Below, piece by piece: positions 34,448 to 42,990 of a stretch of 64,000 nucleotides of DNA. The stretch covers positions 4,618-68,617 of the forward strand of contig DKVI01000071.1 of assembly GCA_002491115.1 (NCBI GenBank), in the 5' to 3' direction. Source of the stretch: Lachnospiraceae bacterium UBA7182. Lineage in GTDB: Bacteria > Bacillota > Clostridia > Lachnospirales > Lachnospiraceae. The stretch's first letter is position 1. Each line of letters begins with the position of its first letter. The notes below the pieces were generated by a model. The model searched no databases and had not been told where the DNA came from. It was given only the letters and a program-made list of their open reading frames with translations. The position numbers and the translations under genes were made by a program.

Positions 34448-35497
34448 TTATCTCTCCTGCTCCTGCACCAGCCGCTCCAGTTCCGAAGCGCTGTGCCTGT
34501 GTCCGTGTTTTTCGCCGCTTATATAATGATGATGCATATGACTGTGTACGACGATATGTACATGGGTCGAATGGTCGTGGGTATGAGTGAGCCTGTGGGT
34601 GTGGGTGTGGGTGTGCATATGGTCATTGATCAGGGTGTCCGCTATGACAAATGCCGTCCCGATTACCATAATAAGAAGCGCTACTGCATAACCTGCGGTC
34701 AGGGATTCTTTCAGGAGGACAAAGGATAAAAAAGCTCCGATAAACGGCGCCACTGCATAAAAAGCGCTCGTCTTGGCCGCACCCAGCGTCTTCTGCGCCC
34801 GGATATAGGTAAAGATACTAAGTCCATAGGCCACAAATCCAAGCAGCAGGGCGGGTAAAATATATTGAAATTCCGGCAGCTTTTCACCTGTCACCAGGGC
34901 GGTCAGAAAAGAGCCCGCACCTGAAAAGAATCCTTTGATTGTGACAATCTGGTGGGTACTCTTTTGGGAAATATTGCGTGTGCAGTTGTTTTCAAATCCC
35001 CAGCAGACAGCCGCGCCCAGGACAAACAAAGATCCAATGGAAAACTGAAAGCTTCCGCTTCCTTCAAAAGACAAAAGAGCGCTGGACAGTGTAATAAATC
35101 CGATGGCTGCCCACAATCGTCCGCTTATCTTCTCCTTAAAAATAACCAGCGCAATGACAGAGGTTGCCACGATCTCAAAATTGCCCAGCAGCGACGCGTT
35201 GGAAGAAGTTCCCATATGAATCCCAAGCATCAAAAGTATCGGCGCGATAATATCCAGCACTACCATACCCACCGTAAAAGGCAGATCCTTGCGGGTCAGC
35301 CTTTCTTCCGGAAGTTCTTTGCTTCTGCGGAACCAGTACATGATCCCCACGCCGATGCCCGCGCCAAGATAGAGAAATGCCGCCATAAATGTAGGTCCCA
35401 CATATTCCAGAAGCAATTTGGAACAAGGGACATTAATTGCGTAAAACAACGCCGCCGCGATGGCATATGCCATTGCGGCCAGTTTTTTATCTTTCAT
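34448..35497 (-). CDS. EamA/DMT-family transporter with a histidine-rich C-terminal tail
   Basis: About 10 TM helices in two EamA halves. The C-terminal 45 residues are DHMHTHTHTHRLTHTHDHSTHVHIVVHSHMHHHYISGEKHGHRHS. Confidence 0.75.
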   Translation of the reverse strand: MKDKKLAAMAYAIAAALFYAINVPCSKLLLEYVGPTFMAAFLYLGAGIGVGIMYWFRRSKELPEERLTRKDLPFTVGMVVLDIIAPILLMLGIHMGTSSNASLLGNFEIVATSVIALVIFKEKISGRLWAAIGFITLSSALLSFEGSGSFQFSIGSLFVLGAAVCWGFENNCTRNISQKSTHQIVTIKGFFSGAGSFLTALVTGEKLPEFQYILPALLLGFVAYGLSIFTYIRAQKTLGAAKTSAFYAVAPFIGAFLSFVLLKESLTAGYAVALLIMVIGTAFVIADTLINDHMHTHTHTHRLTHTHDHSTHVHIVVHSHMHHHYISGEKHGHRHSASELERLVQEQER

Positions 35498-35505
35498 ATT
35501 CCCCC

Positions 35506-37185
35506 CTACCCGATCAATACCTCTTTTCCTTCAAAGGCAAATCCATATCGCCGGATTTTTTCAGAAGCAATGCCTTTTGCTTCCAGGGAAGCCGCATATT
35601 TTTTCTCTTCAATCTGCTTAAGCGCATTTTGTACGGTTTCTGTAAGGCTTGCTTCTTTGTTTGGATTTCTTACTTTAAATTCTAGGATAAACGCGGGACG
35701 ACTATAGTCTTTTGGCTCCAGCATCACATCATATCTGCCAAATCCGCTCTCCCGATTAGACAGGACTATATAATGGTCAGATAAATCCACCAAAAGTCCC
35801 AGGACAAATCCATGGTAAAACCGCTCCGGCTCTGCCTCCGACGGCTGTGTACCTGTATCAAAAAAACTGAAAGTGGCAAGGGATATCCGGTTCATATACA
35901 GATTCATAGCATCCAGATCCCCTTGTAACATCGCTTTTAAAAAATCATTGTATGCGGGAGTGGATTCAGAGAACCACGCTTCGATCATACGCTCAAACAT
36001 CAGGTGAACTTCCCGATTCGTCAGAACAAGCGTATACAGCTCGCGCCCCCGCTCATCCTGTGTAATTGTTTCTGCCCGCAGATAACCGCTCGCCAGCAAA
36101 AGACTCCAGACGGCACTTTCCATGCTGTCCAGTTGATCGAATATAATCTGCTCGTCAATTCGTGTACGGACAGGCTTATCCATCAGCAGGTCTTCCAGGA
36201 TTTGCTTACTTTCTTTGTCGCTTTCCCGCAGCAGTTTTCCTGCCAGACTATTGCTGCTTGTATTGGCCCAGTAAGCAGCGAACTTTCCGGTACACAGATA
36301 ATTCAGGATGGACCACGGATTATAAATATCCGTTTTATTTCCGAAAGTAAATCCATCATACCATGTTTTCACTTCGTTTTCTGTCTCTGACAGGCCATAC
36401 TCCTGCAAAGCCTGAGAAACTTCCTGCTGTGTAAACCCAAAACAGTCTTCATATTTCACGGAAGTTGTGGTTACTACTTCCAGATTATTCAAATCTGAAA
36501 ATATGGATTCTTTGCCGACTCTTGTGATACCTGTCATGACTGCCCGCTCCAGGCAGGGATTTGTCTTAAAGGTTGCGTTAAACAAATCCCGGATAAATCC
36601 CGCCATTTTTTCCCAGTAGCCATTTACATACGCTTCCTGCAAAGGTGTGTCGTATTCATCCAGCAGAATCACCACTTTTTTCCCATAATAGCGATGCAAA
36701 TACTCGGACAGCTTGTGAATTGTCATTCCTGCTACTACTTCCGGCATATCCATAGATACCTGAAGATATTCTTCTTTCTCTTTTTCTGTCAGCAGATCGC
36801 CCTGAAGCAAAAAGGAATATTTTCTGTACAAATCTGTGATCAACTGACAAATACGCAGGACGGAAGTGTGATAATCTGTCCTTTTTACATTGGCAAAAGA
36901 AAGGCTGATGACTGGAACCGTACCCTGGAGCCGGCGATACGATTCTTCCTCCCATATGGACAAACCTTCAAAGAGATCGCTTCGGCCCTTATAATCCACA
37001 GACAGAAACTGTTCCAGCATACTCATATTCAGTGTCTTTCCAAAACGCCTGGGACGGGTAATCAGGGTCACTGCGTCATTATTTTCCCACCATTCTTTTA
37101 TAAACGATGTTTTATCCACATAGAAAATATTTTTTGTGATCACCTGACTGAAGTCCTGATGTCCGATGCCAACGGTTCTCGCCAC
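35506..37185 (-). CDS. AAA-ATPase_like + PD-(D/E)xK nuclease (PDDEXK_9) fusion protein, intact copy
   Basis: [23 protein letters not shown] (P-loop-like) and ILLDEYD (Walker B). C-terminal nuclease core ESGFGRYDVMLEP...FILEFKV. 559 aa. Confidence 0.75.
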   Translation of the reverse strand: MARTVGIGHQDFSQVITKNIFYVDKTSFIKEWWENNDAVTLITRPRRFGKTLNMSMLEQFLSVDYKGRSDLFEGLSIWEEESYRRLQGTVPVISLSFANVKRTDYHTSVLRICQLITDLYRKYSFLLQGDLLTEKEKEEYLQVSMDMPEVVAGMTIHKLSEYLHRYYGKKVVILLDEYDTPLQEAYVNGYWEKMAGFIRDLFNATFKTNPCLERAVMTGITRVGKESIFSDLNNLEVVTTTSVKYEDCFGFTQQEVSQALQEYGLSETENEVKTWYDGFTFGNKTDIYNPWSILNYLCTGKFAAYWANTSSNSLAGKLLRESDKESKQILEDLLMDKPVRTRIDEQIIFDQLDSMESAVWSLLLASGYLRAETITQDERGRELYTLVLTNREVHLMFERMIEAWFSESTPAYNDFLKAMLQGDLDAMNLYMNRISLATFSFFDTGTQPSEAEPERFYHGFVLGLLVDLSDHYIVLSNRESGFGRYDVMLEPKDYSRPAFILEFKVRNPNKEASLTETVQNALKQIEEKKYAASLEAKGIASEKIRRYGFAFEGKEVLIG

Positions 37186-37249
37186 TTGTCCTTCCGCCTT
37201 TCCTGCTTTTTCAGTTTTGTTTCACACTGCTTTGCCTTTTACTATTATA

Positions 37250-38782
37250 CTACAACACGCTTTCAGATGGAACATAAATTTCCTGATAAATAAATGTATA
37301 TCCGTGATCGGCAGATGTAAACAATGCCATTCCTGCACTGTCCCCGCCTGCGTAGTCTCCGTCCGCACCTTGTCCGCACAGCACATACAGACAGCCATCT
37401 TCTTCGTAGGGCATCTGCGGATAATCATAGGGATTATAGAAATATCCGTCTTCCAGTGTAACACCGACTCCCTGGAAGACGGACGGATGGTAACTCATCC
37501 CGCCGTCTTCCGTCACATACAATACTGCTTCGTCTCCGCCGTTATGCATTAAAGACGCGAAACCGAAATCTTCCGTAAGAAACGTAAAGTCGATTCCCAT
37601 CCCCATTTGTCCGGCAAAGGGATCTTTCTGCTGTACTTCCCAGGAAGCGCCGCTGTCAGAACTTTTTAAAAGCGCATAGGCGCGGCTGCCAAGGGCCGCG
37701 TCCACGCACACCATCCGGTAGCGTATGTCACCGTTTTCCAGAGCACATTCTTTTTCATAACTGCCGTCGTAAGACTCCATAAACAAGGTTTCCCATGCTG
37801 TGTCCTCTTCCTGTGAAGCTGTATCTGTATCTTCCTGTCGTTGATACGCTTCCTGGAGTTTTTCCTGTACGGAATCTTTGATCCTGGTCCAGGATGCGCC
37901 TTCTATCAGTTGGGATACGTCGCTGAAATTTACAGATTGTGTGTCTGCGCCGTAGAAATGTACAATGCACAGAGGGGTAAAGAGCAATTCCCGGTCTTTA
38001 AAATATCGTCTGTCTTCCCCGACAAAAAGGTACCAGTCTGCCAGATCCGCGGCGCAGGAAAGGATATCATCTCCGCCTCCGCAGTAAAGTTCCAAAAAGG
38101 CATAGTCTATTGGGGCAGATGCGTCTGTTTCCTGAATAAATGACATAGCCCGGTTCTTTGATTTCCAGAAGACATCCGCATCACTCTTCATAAGCTGCGT
38201 AAGAAAATCATTATCCAGCCAGTAGTTATTTTTCGCGGTAAAATAAAAAGGCGGCGTGCCGGGACGAATGGATTCTGCTGTATATAAAAAAGTGTCATTA
38301 CCCTGATCTTCCACAAAACGGACACCGTCTCCATACTGCTTTTGCAATTTAAACAGCATGGCATCCCGGGTCCATCCGTCAAACGGTGTACGAAAGATAC
38401 CGGCCACCTGCTTATATGCCGCCTGATTGGAACCGTTATAATCTGTACAGATCAAAAAACCGTCCTCAGACCATACTTCTGTCTTCCGTTCCCCTGTGTA
38501 AAGATAAATTCCCATCCGTATATAAGAAATACACAAAATCATTAAGACCGGAATCACAACCAGCAGGCGATAGACCCGGCTGCTGTCTCTTAATTTTGGC
38601 AAAAGCAGATAATACAGACCGCAGACCATCAGAAAAGGAGCGATTACCCAGATATAGAATCCCTTGACGATCTGCGCCGTGTCCCGCAACTCTAACTGAT
38701 ACCGGTGAAGCAGGTGTTCTCCCGTCTGCAAAAGCAGGACGGATAAGAATACGGTCAATACCGGTATCCACCTTTTTTTCAT
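37250..38782 (-). CDS. membrane protein with C-terminal BNR/Asp-box repeats
   Basis: Three N-terminal TM helices. Asp-box-like motifs SSDSGASW, TEDGGMSY and SADHGYTF lie in the last ~150 aa. Confidence 0.5.
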   Translation of the reverse strand: MKKRWIPVLTVFLSVLLLQTGEHLLHRYQLELRDTAQIVKGFYIWVIAPFLMVCGLYYLLLPKLRDSSRVYRLLVVIPVLMILCISYIRMGIYLYTGERKTEVWSEDGFLICTDYNGSNQAAYKQVAGIFRTPFDGWTRDAMLFKLQKQYGDGVRFVEDQGNDTFLYTAESIRPGTPPFYFTAKNNYWLDNDFLTQLMKSDADVFWKSKNRAMSFIQETDASAPIDYAFLELYCGGGDDILSCAADLADWYLFVGEDRRYFKDRELLFTPLCIVHFYGADTQSVNFSDVSQLIEGASWTRIKDSVQEKLQEAYQRQEDTDTASQEEDTAWETLFMESYDGSYEKECALENGDIRYRMVCVDAALGSRAYALLKSSDSGASWEVQQKDPFAGQMGMGIDFTFLTEDFGFASLMHNGGDEAVLYVTEDGGMSYHPSVFQGVGVTLEDGYFYNPYDYPQMPYEEDGCLYVLCGQGADGDYAGGDSAGMALFTSADHGYTFIYQEIYVPSESVL

Positions 38783-38785
38783 CGG

Positions 38786-39703
38786 TTATTCTTCTCCCTT
38801 CTGAAAGGACCACAAGCTCTTGATCTGCCCTTTCAGATCATTATAGGTCCATTTTCTTTCGCTTCGTTCTTTGCAGTTGGGATCATTGACCGAAAATCCT
38901 TTTCTGTCATAATCATAGATCATGATAAAATGTCCTCCTGCCGTAAAATCTCCTTCCCGCATAGTACAGATAATCGGATGCCCGGCTTTCAGTTCTTTTT
39001 TCATCGTGTCTTCATCCAGGGAAAGTTCGGTTCCCACAATACCATAGGAGGCCGCGCCTTCTGTCATCAGCGCCCAGGCGGTGCCGGTTCCTTCCACATA
39101 GTATCCTTGTGTCTCTGAAAAACGGGCAATCTTATCCGGTGTAGCGCCTTCGTTCTTTGTCAGGGCAAAGATCGCCATGGATAAGCAGGTCGGTCCGCAG
39201 CCGGAGATGCCGATACTGCTTTCGCCGTAAGAAGCGTATCCCCAACGCGTATCCCATTGGAGGAAAAGGGGGTATTTCTGAGATTTTTCTTTTTTAGTAA
39301 GTTCGCCGTCTGCTGTTTTGCTGCTGTCAGGATAGCCCAGGACATACTCCAACATCTCCGGGTTGTTGGCGAGCGCCGCCAGATAGACCTGGGGATAGTC
39401 CTCATAATGATCCAGGATTTCCTGGAACTCTTCATGCTCTTTTGCCATGTCTTCTAATTTTTCCCGGACTTCTTCTTCCGTGCGCTGTTTGGGAGCTTCT
39501 ATCTCATAAGATTTTGTGCGTGAGAAAATTCCGGTCTGTTTCAGCGCAAACAGCAAGAGGGCAAACACCGCCACAAGAACCGCCAGGATAAGTCCCAGAA
39601 CACAAAATCTTTTGATCTTCCGGTAAAGCCTGCGCTTTTTCTTCCTCCGCGCCTGTTCCCGCCTGCGCATCCGCTCCATCTCTGTCATCCTCTTCTGTCC
39701 CAT
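38786..39703 (-). CDS. membrane-anchored C39-like cysteine peptidase domain protein
   Basis: Highly basic N-terminus plus a TM helix. Catalytic-type Cys in GISGCGPTCLSMAI and His in GGHFIMIYDYD (peptidase_C39_2 / YvpB-like pattern). Confidence 0.6.
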   Translation of the reverse strand: MGQKRMTEMERMRRREQARRKKKRRLYRKIKRFCVLGLILAVLVAVFALLLFALKQTGIFSRTKSYEIEAPKQRTEEEVREKLEDMAKEHEEFQEILDHYEDYPQVYLAALANNPEMLEYVLGYPDSSKTADGELTKKEKSQKYPLFLQWDTRWGYASYGESSIGISGCGPTCLSMAIFALTKNEGATPDKIARFSETQGYYVEGTGTAWALMTEGAASYGIVGTELSLDEDTMKKELKAGHPIICTMREGDFTAGGHFIMIYDYDRKGFSVNDPNCKERSERKWTYNDLKGQIKSLWSFQKGEE

Positions 39704-39724
39704 CTCATTTTCATCCCTTCTTAT

Positions 39725-39900
39725 TTATAGTTCCGCATCTTTTCCTCCCAGTATCCGTCGCCCAGACCCGTCGTCGTCTGCCTGGCGGCATCCGCCCACG
39801 AGTCTGCATACTGCTCGAAAAAGATGCTGTTATAGTTCCGCATCTTTTCCTCCCGGTATCCGTCACCCAGACCCGTCGCCGTCTGCCTGGCGGCATCCGC
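39725..39900. repeat. two 71-bp direct repeats (68/71 identical, 105-bp period) just upstream of the C39-like gene
   Basis: Copy 1 at 39725-39795, copy 2 at 39830-39900. Three substitutions. Each copy carries GGGAGGAAAAGATG on the minus strand. Confidence 0.9.
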
Positions 39901-40111
39901 TGCTTAGAAGAGAGGCTGTTTTATGTATATTCCTCGTAACTCCATTTTATAGAATAACATATTTTCAATTTATATATCTGAAGTAAATCATAAAAATTCT
40001 TAAGAAAAGCTGAAAACATCCTTCAGTTTACAAAAATGTTGCAAAATAGTGGAAACATAAGTATACTACTCGTAAGTAACCTGTTATTTTGTAAAGAAAG
40101 GACACAAAAAA

Positions 40112-41503
40112 ATGATCGGTAGGGAAAGGGAAAGAGAGCAGATCGAAAGACTATATCAAAGTGAAAAATTTGAATTTCTGGTTCTGTATGGACGCAGGAG
40201 AGTTGGAAAAACTACGCTTCTTCAGGATTTTGCCAGCAGGCATCAGGTGATTTTTTATGCAGCACAGGAAAAAAATGACAGCCTGAATCTTCAGGATTTC
40301 TCCAGGGCAGTCCAGTATTACTTTGACGGACAGTTTATTGCTCCCTTCGGTTCCTGGGAAGATGCATTTGCCTATATAACCAGTAAATCAGCAAACACAA
40401 AAACAGTCCTGGTCATTGATGAATTTCCGTTTATGGCTGGACCAAATCCTTCGATCAAAAGTATGCTGCAGCATGAAATCGACCATCAATGGAAAGACAG
40501 GAACATTTTTCTGATTTTATGCGGTTCCAGCGTAAGCTTTATGCTAAACGATATTATGGGGTATAAAAGCCCTTTATATGGGCGGGCGACAGCTTCCATG
40601 GAGCTGCTCCCCTTCGATTATCTGGACAGCGCGAAATTTTTTCCCGACTACACAGCGGAGGAAAAACTGACCGCGTATGGTATACTGGGCGGCGTACCCA
40701 GATATCTGTGTGCGTTTTCTTCCAAATATACAATCGAAGAGAACATAGAGCAGGAGATTCTGTCAAACGGCGCATTTTTAAACGATGAGCCGATGATGCT
40801 TTTAAAGTCAGAACTAAGAGAGCCGAATGTCTACAACAGTATTCTGGAAGCCATTGCAAAGGGGTGTAATAAGGTAGCTGAAATCGCGGACTGTATTCAT
40901 GAAGATAAAAGCAAATGCAGCAAATATTTGCTGACATTGATCACAATCCGCCTGGTGGAAAAAAAGACGCCATGCGGAGAGCCGGCAGGAAGTAAAAAGA
41001 CCCTGTATACATTGACGGATCATTTTTACCGTTTCTGGTATCACTATATATTTACCAATAAAAGTTATTATGAACTGCTGGGAGAAAAAGAGGCGGCCAG
41101 AGAGATCATGGAGGAAATTCCCGGGTTTATGGGAATTGCTTTTGAAGATATATGCAGACAATATCTGATCCGTCAGGCAAAGCGAAAGCGCCTTCCTTTT
41201 GTTCCCTGCGAGATTGGGCGCTGGTGGGGAAACAATCCGGCGATCAAAGCACAGGATGATGTAGATATTCTTGCGCTGAACAAAAAAAAGACCGAAGCAA
41301 TCTTCTGCGAATGTAAATTTACCAACAGGCCCATGCCCATGACAGAATATGATGATCTCCTTACAGCCACAAAGGCTTTTCCGGATGAAATGAAAAAATA
41401 TTTGATGTTTATCAGTAAAGGCGGTTATACGGTACCGGTGCAAAATCGTGCTAAGGAAGAGGGTGCCGTACTGCTTACAGTGGAGGATTTGTTCAGGTCA
41501 TAA
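40112..41503 (+). CDS. ATPase (Arch_ATPase/ATPase_2-like P-loop) + DUF234 PD-(D/E)xK-like domain protein
   Basis: Walker A YGRRRVGKTT and Walker B VLVIDEFPF. C-terminal DDVDILAL...AIFCECKF (D..ExK nuclease-like motif). Promoter TTGCAA-17-TATACT about 60 nt upstream. Confidence 0.7.
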   Translation: MIGREREREQIERLYQSEKFEFLVLYGRRRVGKTTLLQDFASRHQVIFYAAQEKNDSLNLQDFSRAVQYYFDGQFIAPFGSWEDAFAYITSKSANTKTVLVIDEFPFMAGPNPSIKSMLQHEIDHQWKDRNIFLILCGSSVSFMLNDIMGYKSPLYGRATASMELLPFDYLDSAKFFPDYTAEEKLTAYGILGGVPRYLCAFSSKYTIEENIEQEILSNGAFLNDEPMMLLKSELREPNVYNSILEAIAKGCNKVAEIADCIHEDKSKCSKYLLTLITIRLVEKKTPCGEPAGSKKTLYTLTDHFYRFWYHYIFTNKSYYELLGEKEAAREIMEEIPGFMGIAFEDICRQYLIRQAKRKRLPFVPCEIGRWWGNNPAIKAQDDVDILALNKKKTEAIFCECKFTNRPMPMTEYDDLLTATKAFPDEMKKYLMFISKGGYTVPVQNRAKEEGAVLLTVEDLFRS

Positions 41504-42073
41504 TCCGTCAGTCCCTTCATTCAGCTGCTGTCTGCACTGCCGCCATTTTGGATAGTACTGGTCAAGAATCCCGTAAAACCTCTGATTATGCCCCCGTTCC
41601 AGCATATGCGCCAGTTCGTGGACGACTACATATTCAATGCAGTCGTCCGGAAAAGCGCCCAGCCAGACGCTGATGGAGATATTGCCGGTTCTGGGATTGC
41701 AGCTGCCCCACTGGCTTCTGGTATCCCGGATCGTTATTTTATTGCTCCTTACGCCCAGAGCGGCTTCCCATTTGCTGAACATGGGAGGAAGGACTTCTTT
41801 TAGCCGTTCCTGGTAAGCAGGAATATTCTTTATCCGCTCATTTTCCTGGACAGCCGGTTTTTCGGGAAGGTGTTCCAGTTTTTTCCGGTAATTTTCCACC
41901 CATTTCAGCATCTTTGGCTGCTCCAGTATGGCAAGAGCCGCCTGATAACTCATCTGGTAAGGAATTGAGATATGGATTATGTCCGGTTCTGCCGGTTTAA
42001 TCCGCAGGTTTGTATTTTTTACTTTTTTTCTGGTAACCTGCACGGTATAACCGTGCCATATGAACGTTTTCAT
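41498..42073 (-). CDS. M48-family / DUF45 (YgjP-like) zinc metallopeptidase
   Basis: HELAHMLERGHNQRF (HExxH) near the C-terminus. GGAGG lies 7 nt upstream of the ATG at 42073. The 3' end overlaps the convergent ATPase gene by 6 nt. Confidence 0.75.
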   Translation of the reverse strand: MKTFIWHGYTVQVTRKKVKNTNLRIKPAEPDIIHISIPYQMSYQAALAILEQPKMLKWVENYRKKLEHLPEKPAVQENERIKNIPAYQERLKEVLPPMFSKWEAALGVRSNKITIRDTRSQWGSCNPRTGNISISVWLGAFPDDCIEYVVVHELAHMLERGHNQRFYGILDQYYPKWRQCRQQLNEGTDGL

Positions 42074-42109
42074 AAAACGGCCTCCTGCCTTTCGATTCAC
42101 CGAATTTTT

Positions 42110-42952
42110 TTATTCAAGAAGGGAAACGATCCACCGGTCGACCGATGGAAGGCTGTGGGACTGGATCTTAAAGTTCAAAATTTTTGTTCCGCCGTACTCT
42201 CCTGTGCCTTGTACCACCACTGCCGCCATGCCTTTTCCCGCATTGTTTATATAACCAATGATCTCAAACTCGTCGGAAGAAAGCGTATATTTCCCGGCTT
42301 TGACCGTCAGCCATTTCTTATCCAGGCTGATGCCGTTTTCTGTATACTCAAATTTTTTCGGAAGACCATCCGCTTTCTTATTCAACGCAACCGAAGTGAT
42401 CACTTTGTCCGCACTCAGTTCCTGATATTCACAGACAATCGGTGGATTGGCTATGTACAGGCCGTTTTGGCCGTCAGAGATCGCAGCCGTCGCCGTACCT
42501 TTTGCGTCGGTATTGGAAAAACGTACTTTGTAATCCGTATCATAGATCAATTTCTCACCGCCCACAGACAGGCTGATATCCGGATATTTACCCCGGTAAT
42601 CCATACTGCCTACAAACGCTTTTCCTTTGGAAATGTCGGATGCGCCTTCTTCCGATACGATAAACGGAAAATCAAACGTACCCTTGCAGCTTCCCTTTCC
42701 GACGACGCGCATGAGATAGCTGCCGGGCGTTGTCGGGCGTTTTTTCACCAGAGAATCATCTTCCGCTTTATGATAGGTCAAAGTATAATCCGTCTTTACT
42801 TTCAGCAGGTAATCATCCAGCATGACCGCAGGCGTATACGCCGTGCCTTTGCGGTAGCTGGCGGAAGCGATCAGGCAGGACGTGTCCAGTTCAGCTTTTT
42901 CTATCTCAAATGTCTCTTTCAGCGTGCCGGGTGTTTTTCCCTCGCTAAAATT
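42110..42952 (-). pseudogene. 5'-truncated remnant of a repeat-containing cell-surface protein gene
   Basis: The frame is open from the stop at 42953-42955 with no RBS or signal peptide. The sequence has Ig-like repeat units (GTAYTPAV...DYTLTY, YKVRFSNTDAKGTATAAI, LSSDEFEIIGYINNAGKG). The first Met is internal, at 42823. Confidence 0.5.
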
Positions 42953-42990
42953 CTATATTTTACTAATGGTATCACAAAATTCCCGGCTTT

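Noticed and set aside
39711-39896. 61-aa Arg-rich internally repeated ORF (MPPGRRRRVWVTDTGRKRCGTI x2)
   Set aside because: No Shine-Dalgarno sequence is present; the sequence upstream of its ATG is CCTCTCTTC. The internal repeat simply mirrors the 71-bp DNA repeat. The alternative frame with a GGAGG-ATG is more plausible, and even that is uncertain.
39725-39900. Possible CRISPR array
   Set aside because: There are only two repeat copies, each 71 bp long, separated by a 34-bp gap, and no cas genes occur in the window. This is not CRISPR-like.
39725-39900. Assignment of the repeats here, and of those at 2790-2944, to a known riboswitch class (glycine tandem, ydaO/c-di-AMP, guanidine-II)
   Set aside because: The conserved cores of those classes, as I remember them, are not present. 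The near-perfect DNA identity of the copies points to recent duplication rather than conserved RNA pseudo-symmetry. The question is left open for an Rfam scan.
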